Assembly: GCA_030065275.1 (NCBI GenBank)
Contig: JASJCV010000006.1
Location: 1-44,092 of the forward strand
Direction of reading: 5' to 3'
Origin: Desulfobacterales bacterium
GTDB taxonomy: Bacteria; Desulfobacterota; Desulfobacteria; Desulfobacterales; UBA5852
Length of the DNA: 44,092 bases
Shown here: in pieces, positions 36,195 to 43,915 of the stretch
Layout: every line of letters starts with the position of its first letter
Position numbering within the stretch: the first letter of the stretch is position 1
Translations under genes and position numbers: made by a program
Notes under the pieces: model-generated
The model's database searches: none
Seen by the model: the letters and a program-made list of their open reading frames with translations, nothing else
What the model was told of the DNA's origin: nothing

Positions 36195-37358
36195 ATGAAA
36201 TCAAGCCAACCCCAGAAAAGGACCGAATGGTTTTCGGTCATTCCGGACAAAATTCCCGAGGACGTCACCGCGGCAGACGAAGCCCTTTTCGATGCCATCA
36301 CCGCCACCCGGCTCTCCGAAGATCAGCAGCAGCGCGTGGCGGTCCCCGAGCGGGTCGTCCATCGGCAGGAGAGTGTCCTGGCTATTCACTGGCATCCGGA
36401 ATATGTTCCCATGCCGTTGATCGCTCGCCGGATCGAGGCCATGTACCCGGACAAGCGCCGATCCCTGATCATCCCGACCCAGCACAATGTGCTCACCGCC
36501 TGCGGTGATTATGCGGGTGTCGAGATCGACTGCTATTCGCGCGGATTCAACCAGAAGGTCCAACTCCTGCTGCATTTTGTCCGTTCACGCATCGAAGATG
36601 CGGATTTGCTCAAGTCCATCCTGGCCCATACCTTCAAATACCGATCGTCCCAGTTGTTTGAATTCATGCACACCCTGACCAAACCGGTGGAGGCGCGCAT
36701 CGCATCGGCGGCCCGGGAAACCGGGGCCAATGAGGCCCTGATCGATTTCACCCGGGTTTACATCAAAAAGATCAGCCGTCTGCTGGAGGCCAAGGGGGGG
36801 GATTTGCCGCCCGAGATGATCAAAAACAAGATTCTCCGCAATTTTTTCGACGGGTTGCGGGAGCAGCACGGCGACACCCTGATCGATCGTGTGCAGACAT
36901 TTCTCAAAGCGGTCAAAACACGGGTCAAGGCCGAGTTCCCCCTGCATTATTTCTACCGGACGTCGGAGGTGATCGAGGAGGCACGCGCGCTGGGGGCGGG
37001 TATCGTCATACCGCACCCCGAACAATTCTGGCCGATCCTTCTGGCGGACTACGATGTCGACGGGATTGAAGTCTGGAACCCGCAGTCGCGCAAATACACG
37101 GAGTTTTTGATCGCGGTCATCAATCAGAAAAACCGCTGCGGCGGCCTGTCCAAACGCAATCTTTTAATTTTCATGGGGGACGATACCCATATGGCGGAGA
37201 AAACCCGCGCCCCTGAGGTTCAGGACCAGGAAAAAGCCGCCCGCGAAATCGGCTACCAGCCGGCCTGGGACGATTTTAGCATCCGCAAAGCGCTCATCCG
37301 CGCCGGTGCCAATCGACGCAATGTCATTCAGGAGTATGAAGCGCGTTTGGGGCAGTAA
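36195..37358 (+). CDS. Hypothetical protein with a PHP-like metal-phosphoesterase motif set; first gene of the GAK operon
   Basis: ATG at 36195 is preferred over the ATG at 36150. The ordered motifs IHWHPE, IIPTQHN, GVEIDC, VIPHPEQF, GIEVWN and MGDDTHM resemble PHP motifs (HxH, H, E, HP, E..N, DxH). A helical insert of about 120 aa lies between them. Coding confidence is about 0.7 and function confidence about 0.35. Confidence 0.45.
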   Translation: MKSSQPQKRTEWFSVIPDKIPEDVTAADEALFDAITATRLSEDQQQRVAVPERVVHRQESVLAIHWHPEYVPMPLIARRIEAMYPDKRRSLIIPTQHNVLTACGDYAGVEIDCYSRGFNQKVQLLLHFVRSRIEDADLLKSILAHTFKYRSSQLFEFMHTLTKPVEARIASAARETGANEALIDFTRVYIKKISRLLEAKGGDLPPEMIKNKILRNFFDGLREQHGDTLIDRVQTFLKAVKTRVKAEFPLHYFYRTSEVIEEARALGAGIVIPHPEQFWPILLADYDVDGIEVWNPQSRKYTEFLIAVINQKNRCGGLSKRNLLIFMGDDTHMAEKTRAPEVQDQEKAAREIGYQPAWDDFSIRKALIRAGANRRNVIQEYEARLGQ

Positions 37359-37382
37359 CCTGCAGCAAAGGAATATTCGACC

Positions 37383-37649
37383 ATGGCGGAATACGGCAGT
37401 TTTGAATACGAATCCTACCAGGACCTGGAGACCATCCAGAAGTTTCTGGAGTCGCTCACCCAGGGGTTTGCCAAGGAGCAGATTTTTCTCAGTTCGGGTG
37501 ACGACACCATTGAACTTCAGCCCAAAAATCTGCTCAAATTTTCGGTGAGTGCCAAGAAGAAAGAAGACAAGACCAAATTAAGCATCAAGATTTCTTGGAA
37601 GGAAGGCAAGATCAAGGCCGCCAAGCAGCCTTTGGAAATTGGACCCTGA
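37383..37649 (+). CDS. Amphi-Trp domain protein (stand-alone, 88 aa)
   Basis: AAGGAA RBS. Pattern IQKFLESLTQGF...LQP..LLKFSVSAKKKEDKTKLSIKISWKEG has a single Trp in a Lys-rich amphipathic strand. Paralogous to 42669..42959. Confidence 0.7.
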   Translation: MAEYGSFEYESYQDLETIQKFLESLTQGFAKEQIFLSSGDDTIELQPKNLLKFSVSAKKKEDKTKLSIKISWKEGKIKAAKQPLEIGP

Positions 37650-37652
37650 GCC

Positions 37653-39290
37653 ATGATCACTTTTGAGTCCCTCGAAGAGAATCTCAAATTCCTGGTGCTG
37701 GAGGTCGAAAACCAGCTAACGCTGACCTTCCGGCTGCTCAACGACGCCGACCCCGACCTGCTGGAGAAAGTCTCCGCCAAAGACGACTACGTCGACAACC
37801 TCAAGGCGATCATCGAAAACGAATGTTTCTCCCGTCTGCACGGCGATGCCGGTAAAGGATCGGACGACATCCGGACCATCCGGGCGTCCCACGCCATCGC
37901 CGTCAATCTGGAGCGCATCGCCGACTACTGTGTCAACATCGCGCGCCAGACCGAGTATCTGATCGATTTCAATCATTTGCACCAATCCAATTTCCAGGAG
38001 ATGTTCACCCTGATCCAGTCCAGTATCGAGCAGGTCCTGCCGGCCCTGAAAAAGCAGAATCTGCCCCAGGCCCTCAGAATTTGCCGGTCGGAACAGCAAC
38101 TGGACAAACTCTACAAAGAGAATTTCGACTGGATCATGGCCCGTCTGCGCACCGGCCATTTCGTCGAAGACCTGATCACGACGCTCTTTATTTTTCGTTA
38201 TCTGGAGCGCATCGGTGATTCCCTCTTGAATATCGGCGAAGCGTTGATTTTTGCCGCCACCGGGGAGCGCATCAAGATCGAGCAATTTGACGCCCTCAAA
38301 GAGGTGCTGGCCAGTCCCGGCCTGGAAGAAACCCTCACCGGGGCGGAATTCAAATCCATCTGGGGCTCACGGTCGGGCTGCCGGATCGGACGGGTGGACA
38401 TGGCGGAGGGGGCGCCGGCAGCGGCACAAGGGCTCTACAAAGAAGGGGTCAGGGCCAAGATCCGTAAGGAAAAAGAAAATATCGAACTCTGGGAAAAAAT
38501 CATGCCGGGACTGGCCCCGCGTATCCTGGCCTATCGGGAAAACACCGACAAGGCCACGCTGCTGGTCGAGTTCTTCGAGGGCCGCACACTGGATTCGATC
38601 ATCCTGGGCAACGACGACAGGACGCTGCAGGCGGCCATGGCGGCGCTGGAGAAGACCCTGGGAGAAGTCTGGCAGCGCACCCGGCGCGAGCAGGCGACCC
38701 CGACGGACTACATGGGGCAGCTCAAGGCCCGTCTGGGTACGGTCCGGCGGGTGCATCCCGGGTTCATGCGATCCTGGAAGGCCATCGACCAGTTGGAGAT
38801 TCGATCGTCCGAAGACCTCATCGATCGTTGTGCGGCGATCGAACAGGCGCATCCCGCCCCCTTCGGCATCCAGATTCACGGCGATTTCAACGCCAACAAT
38901 GTGATTTTCAACCCCGATAGCGGGCGGATCAACTACATCGACTTCCACCGCTCGCGTCAAGCCGACTACATCCAGGATGTCTCCGTCTTTCTGGTCTCCA
39001 ATTTCAGAATGCCGGTTTTCGAACCATCCCTGCGCCAACGTCTCAACGATGTCATCAAGCGTTTTTTCGCGTTCAGCGCCGATTTCGCCCGCAACCACGG
39101 CGATGCCGATTTCGAGCTGCGTATGGCGCTGGCGTTGGCCCGGTCGTTTTACACGTCCACCCGTTTCGAGCTCAACCAGGACTTTGCCCGCGACATGTTC
39201 ACGCGCGCGCACTACCTGATGGAAAAAGTACTGACGCATTCGGAGGCGGCGTCCGCCTTTCGGCTGGAACGCCAAGTGCTCTACTACTGA
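37653..39290 (+). CDS. PhoU-domain / protein-kinase-like (APH/ChoK-type) phosphotransferase fusion protein
   Basis: 545 aa. Starts 3 nt after the amphi-Trp stop. The N-terminal ~215 aa has two PhoU-like repeats (DDYVDNL...NLERIADYCVNIA and LDKLY...YLERIGDSLLNIGE). The C-terminal half has the catalytic loop IHGDFNANNVIF and the metal-binding segment INYIDFHRS. Confidence 0.7.
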   Translation: MITFESLEENLKFLVLEVENQLTLTFRLLNDADPDLLEKVSAKDDYVDNLKAIIENECFSRLHGDAGKGSDDIRTIRASHAIAVNLERIADYCVNIARQTEYLIDFNHLHQSNFQEMFTLIQSSIEQVLPALKKQNLPQALRICRSEQQLDKLYKENFDWIMARLRTGHFVEDLITTLFIFRYLERIGDSLLNIGEALIFAATGERIKIEQFDALKEVLASPGLEETLTGAEFKSIWGSRSGCRIGRVDMAEGAPAAAQGLYKEGVRAKIRKEKENIELWEKIMPGLAPRILAYRENTDKATLLVEFFEGRTLDSIILGNDDRTLQAAMAALEKTLGEVWQRTRREQATPTDYMGQLKARLGTVRRVHPGFMRSWKAIDQLEIRSSEDLIDRCAAIEQAHPAPFGIQIHGDFNANNVIFNPDSGRINYIDFHRSRQADYIQDVSVFLVSNFRMPVFEPSLRQRLNDVIKRFFAFSADFARNHGDADFELRMALALARSFYTSTRFELNQDFARDMFTRAHYLMEKVLTHSEAASAFRLERQVLYY

Positions 39291-39374
39291 GGACACCGCC
39301 ATTCACCCGATTTCTGAAAGGGCCTGACGGCGCCCTCTAAAACCCAAACGGATACTGCAAGTAAAAGGCTCCCA

Positions 39375-40265
39375 ATGAACATCAAACTTGGCGTGGTCGG
39401 CACGCCCGGCGGCTGGTCGTCGGAAAAACTGGCCGATACGGTGGCCGCGATGACCGGATATCGGCTGTTGATCGACATGTCACGCCTGGCGCTGGACCTT
39501 TCCGAAGGGCGGGCCTGGTTCGAGGGCACCGATGTCAGCGCCCTGGACGGTCTGATCATCAAAAAAATCGGGGCCTGGTATTCGCCCGATCTGCTGGACC
39601 GCCTCGAAATGCTGCGTTTTTTGCACGCCCGCGGGCTGCCCATTTTTTCTTCGCCTTACAATATCATGCGCGTGCTGGATCGCCTGAGTTGCACGGTCAC
39701 CCTTCAGCTGGCCGGCATCCCCATGCCGCCGACGACGGTCACCGAAGACGTGGATGCGGCCGTCGCGTCGGTGGCCCAATACGGCGAGGCGGTGTTCAAG
39801 CCGCTCTATTCCACCAAGGCCAAGGGCATGCTGCTTTTGTCCGACGGGCCCGGCGCCCGTCAGACGATCGAGGCCTACCACAACGAAAACCCGATCATGT
39901 ACATCCAGAGGAAGATGGATCTGCGGGGCAAGGATCTGGGGATTGCGTTTCTGGGCGGCCAGTATTTGACGACCTACGCGCGGGTGAAAGGGGAGGGCGC
40001 CTGGAACACCACCACCCGTTCCGGGGGGCATTACGAGGCGTTTGAGCCGCCCGAGGAATTGATCACCCTGGCCCATAAAGCCCAGGCGCCGTTCGACCTG
40101 GATTTTACCTGTGTGGACGTGGCCGAGACTCCCGGCGGTCCGATCGTTTTCGAGGTTTCGGCCTTCGGTGGCTTTCGTGGCATCGAGACGGCCAGCGGCA
40201 TCGATGCCGCCCGGCGTTACGTAGAATTCGTACTGGAAAGGATCGGACATGAATCCGCTGCCTGA
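39375..40265 (+). CDS. GAK-system ATP-grasp enzyme (RimK-like ligase)
   Basis: 296 aa. RimK-like order: DRLSCTVTLQLAGIPMPPT, AVFKPLYSTKAKGM, MYIQRKMDLRGKDLGIAFLGG, WNTTTRSGG, VDVAETPGGPIVFEVSAFGGFRG. Confidence 0.75.
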   Translation: MNIKLGVVGTPGGWSSEKLADTVAAMTGYRLLIDMSRLALDLSEGRAWFEGTDVSALDGLIIKKIGAWYSPDLLDRLEMLRFLHARGLPIFSSPYNIMRVLDRLSCTVTLQLAGIPMPPTTVTEDVDAAVASVAQYGEAVFKPLYSTKAKGMLLLSDGPGARQTIEAYHNENPIMYIQRKMDLRGKDLGIAFLGGQYLTTYARVKGEGAWNTTTRSGGHYEAFEPPEELITLAHKAQAPFDLDFTCVDVAETPGGPIVFEVSAFGGFRGIETASGIDAARRYVEFVLERIGHESAA

Positions 40266-41343
40266 AAGCCGTCAGGCGCTGGTTGCCCAAATCAGGGAGG
40301 CCCTGCCGGCAACATCAACGTTTTACCTGCAGCTCGGAAGATGTTTGCTGGCGGTCCACACCGACCGCGAATCGATCGTCGACGCCCTGCGTGAATATTT
40401 TAAGCCTTTTGTGGCCGAAGCCGGGGTTGCCGATATCGAGGTCAGCATCCACGAGGCGCCGGAGTATCGGCTGCCGGTTGATTTCACGGTCAAAGAACCG
40501 GATCCCGGCAAGACCAAAATCAAAGAGGAATTCTATGAGTTGGCCGATGGGCGGATTGTCCGCAAATGCCTGACCGGGATGCTGTTCGTTATCGGCGGGG
40601 GCGATAATGTCGCTGTAGGCCCCTGTCTCGACAATCTCAACCAGGTCGTCAATTTCATCAATAACCGCTACATCGAGTGGATCTTATGCCAGGGCAGCCT
40701 TCTGGGGCATGCCGCCGGTGTGGTTCTCAACGGCCAGGGCCTGGCGCTGGCAGGGTTTTCAGGCGCGGGCAAATCCACCCTGGCCCTGCACCTCATGAAC
40801 GAGGGGGCTACCTTTATCTCCAACGATCGATTGATGATCGAAAAGAGAAAAAACGGACTGGTGATGCACGGTGTTGCGAAGATGCCGCGCATCAATCCGG
40901 GAACAGCGCTCAACAACCCGAAACTGCGCACGGTCATGAGCGCGGAAGAGCAGACGCGTTTTGCTTCCCTGCCCGAAAACGAACTCTGGGAGCTCGAGCA
41001 CAAGTACGATGCATTGATCGATGACTGCTATGGTCCGGACCGCTTTGTGCTGCGGGCGCCGATGCAAGCGCTTGTTCTATTGAACTGGCGGCGCAATGGC
41101 GGACCGACCGAAGTGTCGCCGGTGGATCTGGCCGAGCGACGGGACTTGCTGCCGGCGTTCATCAAAAACGTGGGCCTCTTTTTTGTGCCGCCGGAGCAGT
41201 GTGCCATGCCCGCTCCGGTCGAGGATGCCTATATCGACTTTCTTTCGCGCTGCAGCGTTTTCGAGGTCAGCGGTGGAACCAACTTCGCGGCTGCGGCCCA
41301 GGCCTGCCTGCGATTTGTCCGTCCCGACCCCTCGGCGGCCTGA
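40249..41343 (+). CDS. HprK-related kinase (type B, GAK system)
   Basis: 364 aa. Overlaps the ATP-grasp gene by 17 nt. The P-loop context GLALAGFSGAGKSTLALHLMNEGATFISNDRLMI parallels the HPr kinase GxSGxGKSE.AL.L...GH.L..DD. Confidence 0.75.
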   Translation: MNPLPESRQALVAQIREALPATSTFYLQLGRCLLAVHTDRESIVDALREYFKPFVAEAGVADIEVSIHEAPEYRLPVDFTVKEPDPGKTKIKEEFYELADGRIVRKCLTGMLFVIGGGDNVAVGPCLDNLNQVVNFINNRYIEWILCQGSLLGHAAGVVLNGQGLALAGFSGAGKSTLALHLMNEGATFISNDRLMIEKRKNGLVMHGVAKMPRINPGTALNNPKLRTVMSAEEQTRFASLPENELWELEHKYDALIDDCYGPDRFVLRAPMQALVLLNWRRNGGPTEVSPVDLAERRDLLPAFIKNVGLFFVPPEQCAMPAPVEDAYIDFLSRCSVFEVSGGTNFAAAAQACLRFVRPDPSAA

Positions 41344-41356
41344 GCCGGTTACCCGC

Positions 41357-42562
41357 ATGCAGATCGAGATCACCCACACCATCGACCTTCCCGATCCCCG
41401 CCGGATGGAGCTGCTGCGACGCAACCCGGATCTGGGGCCGCGGATCCTGTTCTTCAGCGGCGGCAGCGCCCTGCGCAAGACCAGTGAAGAACTGGTCTAT
41501 TTCACCCATAACTCGATCCACATCATCACACCGGTGGATTCGGGCGGCAGCTCGGCCGTCCTGCGCAATGCGTTTCAAATGCCGGCCATCGGCGATATAC
41601 GCAACCGCTTGATGGCGCTGGCCGATCGCGGCCTTCGTGGCAACCCCGAGATTTTTCGACTGTTCGCCTACCGTCTCCCTCATGGGGCCGGCCCGGAGGC
41701 GCTGGCCGACGAACTGCTGGAAATGGCCCGGGGAGAACATCCTCTGATCCAACGGGTTCCTGACCCCATGCGCAAGATCGTGCGCAACTACCTGCAGTCC
41801 TTCGTCGACATGCTCGGCAGTAATGAACGGCTCAGGAGTTTTGACCTGCGGGGGGCGAGCATCGGCAATCTCATCCTGACCGCCAGCTATCTTAGCAACC
41901 GGCGGCATTTTGACCCGGCCATATTTATTTTCTCCAAGCTGGTCAACGTGCGCGGCACGGTGCGTCCGGTCGCCAATGCCGACCTGCATCTCGTCGCGGA
42001 GATGGAGGACGGTGAAACCATTGTCGGCCAGCACCTGCTCACCGGCAAGGAGGTGCCCCCAATCGAGAGCCGGGTCAAATCGGTCTACCTGAGCGCGTCA
42101 CGCCAGGCACCCAGGCCGACCACCTTGGGTATCCGGGAAAAAATGAAAACCCTGATCGGTTCAGCTGACCTGATCTGCTATCCCATGGGCAGTTTTTACT
42201 CCAGCCTCCTGTCGAACCTCCTGATCCGTGGGGTATCGGATGCCATCTGGCGCAATCCGCGTCCCAAGGTTTTCATCCCCAGCACAGGCAACGACCCTGA
42301 ACTTTTCGGGCACAGCTTGAGCGATCAGGTCGAAGTCTTGCTGGAGGCCCTCAAACGGGACGACCCCGCGAATATCAAAGACGGTGACGTGCTCAACTAC
42401 ATCCTGCTGGACGAGCGCAACGGAAACTACTCAGGGGCATTGGATCAAGACGCGCTTGCGCGGCGAGGTATTCAAACGATCAGCTGCCGCCTGGTGAGCA
42501 TGCGCAGCCAGCCGTATATCGACGAGAAGATGCTGGTACCGATCCTGCTTTCCCTTTCCTGA
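41357..42562 (+). CDS. GAK-system CofD/YvcK-like protein
   Basis: ORF trimmed to the ATG at 41357. ILFFSGGSALRKTS...HIITPVDSGGSSAVLRNAFQMPAIGDIRNRLMALAD matches the CofD/YvcK N-terminal signature (GGtG...v.DdGGSsG.lR...pa.GDiRn). Confidence 0.75.
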   Translation: MQIEITHTIDLPDPRRMELLRRNPDLGPRILFFSGGSALRKTSEELVYFTHNSIHIITPVDSGGSSAVLRNAFQMPAIGDIRNRLMALADRGLRGNPEIFRLFAYRLPHGAGPEALADELLEMARGEHPLIQRVPDPMRKIVRNYLQSFVDMLGSNERLRSFDLRGASIGNLILTASYLSNRRHFDPAIFIFSKLVNVRGTVRPVANADLHLVAEMEDGETIVGQHLLTGKEVPPIESRVKSVYLSASRQAPRPTTLGIREKMKTLIGSADLICYPMGSFYSSLLSNLLIRGVSDAIWRNPRPKVFIPSTGNDPELFGHSLSDQVEVLLEALKRDDPANIKDGDVLNYILLDERNGNYSGALDQDALARRGIQTISCRLVSMRSQPYIDEKMLVPILLSLS

Positions 42563-42668
42563 GACCCGATCGCTTGGAATGCGCAGGAATCGGTTGGCGT
42601 TTTTTATCGACATCCGCTTGGGTGGCAATATCGCCGCGGATTTCATTTAACCTCGAGGAGAAAAGCAA

Positions 42669-42959
42669 ATGGGCGAGAAATCGATTGGCTTCAAACGCAT
42701 GGTCGACATTCACGAGGCCGTTTCATATTTGGAGGCGTTGGCCAAGGGTTTTCGGGACGGGCGCATCGTCGTGGAGCATGGCGGGAAGACGCTGGATATG
42801 GAGCCGCCTTCGGTGGTTGTTCTGGAAATCGAGGCCAAGCAAAAGAAGGACAAAAATAAATTCGGTTTTGAAATTGCCTGGAAAAACGATGCCGAGCAGG
42901 AAGGTGGCGAACCGTTGAGAATATCATCCGGATCCGGGGAATTGCCCCCGGCGGCGTAA
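42669..42959 (+). CDS. Amphi-Trp domain protein (stand-alone, 96 aa)
   Basis: GAGGAG RBS. AVSYLEALAKGF...MEPP.VVVLEIEAKQKKDKNKFGFEIAWKND aligns position by position with 37383..37649. Confidence 0.7.
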   Translation: MGEKSIGFKRMVDIHEAVSYLEALAKGFRDGRIVVEHGGKTLDMEPPSVVVLEIEAKQKKDKNKFGFEIAWKNDAEQEGGEPLRISSGSGELPPAA

Positions 42960-43059
42960 TCCGCAGCAAGCGTTCCCCGGGGTGTCCAATCAAAATCCGC
43001 TTTGTATTTCACTCGCCGCGGTCGCGCCTGCACCTTCTGGTAAGTGATTGATCGACCGA

Positions 43060-43401
43060 CTATCGGGGTACGAGAATGGTATTATTCTGACATATCGTGT
43101 CGTCATTCTCGGTGCGGGGATCATCCTGGGTTAAATCCATGAATGTCAGGTGGACCCATCCGCTGGTGGCGGTAATCGAAACCACGCCCCCTCGGTTGAG
43201 ATTGCCACTCCAGATGATGCCGCTTTTACGACGGATAGACGGAGCCTTTTGGCTGCCACGCGAGTAGTGCGCTTCCAGATAGACCGGCTTGGTCGCCTTA
43301 ATTTGGCAGGTGGTGTCCTCTTCGGCCCTCATGTCGGTTGGCAGGGCCAGGGCGATGCCCGTAAGGGCCAAAGTGAGCATAACAATCAGGATCCGGTTCA
43401 T
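43060..43401 (-). CDS. Small secreted protein, unknown function (paralogue 1)
   Basis: 113 aa with a GGGGAG RBS and a signal peptide. Two conserved Cys. About 50% identical to 43574..43915, including the identical C-terminus ILVPR. Confidence 0.6.
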   Translation of the reverse strand: MNRILIVMLTLALTGIALALPTDMRAEEDTTCQIKATKPVYLEAHYSRGSQKAPSIRRKSGIIWSGNLNRGGVVSITATSGWVHLTFMDLTQDDPRTENDDTICQNNTILVPR

Positions 43402-43573
43402 ACGCTCCCCTTTCCAGTATCCAAAAACCTTAATCTAATAATGCCTGCTTGGCAATATTTACTGTTTGTCTTTGGATGCGAGGATAGGACGTATCTGGTC
43501 CTGATTGAATCTCCTCAGTTTTTTCCATAGGACGATAATCATCCTACCGGTGACGGTGCATCATCGTGATTCG

Positions 43574-43915
43574 TCACCGCGGTACGAGTATTGTCCTTCC
43601 GTTCTTGCAGATCGTATCGTTGTTTTCGCTTCGCGGGTCTCGATCGGTCAAATCCTGATAAGCCAGATGAATCCAGCCGTTGCGGGTATTAAAGGACTGG
43701 ACCTCCCCGCGGCGCATGTTTCCGCTCCAGATCACGTCGCTTTTATTTCGGATGCTCGGCGATTTCCGGCCGCCATCCGAGTAGTGCGCCTGGAGATTCA
43801 CGTCCTTGATCGCTTTGATCGTACACGTGTTGTTGCGGGCGCCGGCATCGGGCGCCAGTGCGCTGGCCATGAAAAGTAATAACGCGAGGGTTGAGAAAAT
43901 CGGTATCGGTTTCAT
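43574..43915 (-). CDS. Small secreted protein, unknown function (paralogue 2)
   Basis: ORF trimmed to the ATG at 43915, with GGAGG 6 nt upstream. 113 aa with a signal peptide. Shares AHYS.G..K.PSIR.KS..IWSGN..RG.V.S..T..GW.HL...DLT..DPR.EN.DTIC.N..ILVPR with paralogue 1. Confidence 0.6.
   Translation of the reverse strand: MKPIPIFSTLALLLFMASALAPDAGARNNTCTIKAIKDVNLQAHYSDGGRKSPSIRNKSDVIWSGNMRRGEVQSFNTRNGWIHLAYQDLTDRDPRSENNDTICKNGRTILVPR

Noticed and set aside
42563-42668. T-run (ggcgttttttatcg) between the CofD-like gene and the last amphi-Trp gene as a possible intrinsic terminator or attenuator.
   Set aside because: I could not find a stable GC-rich stem immediately upstream of the T-run.
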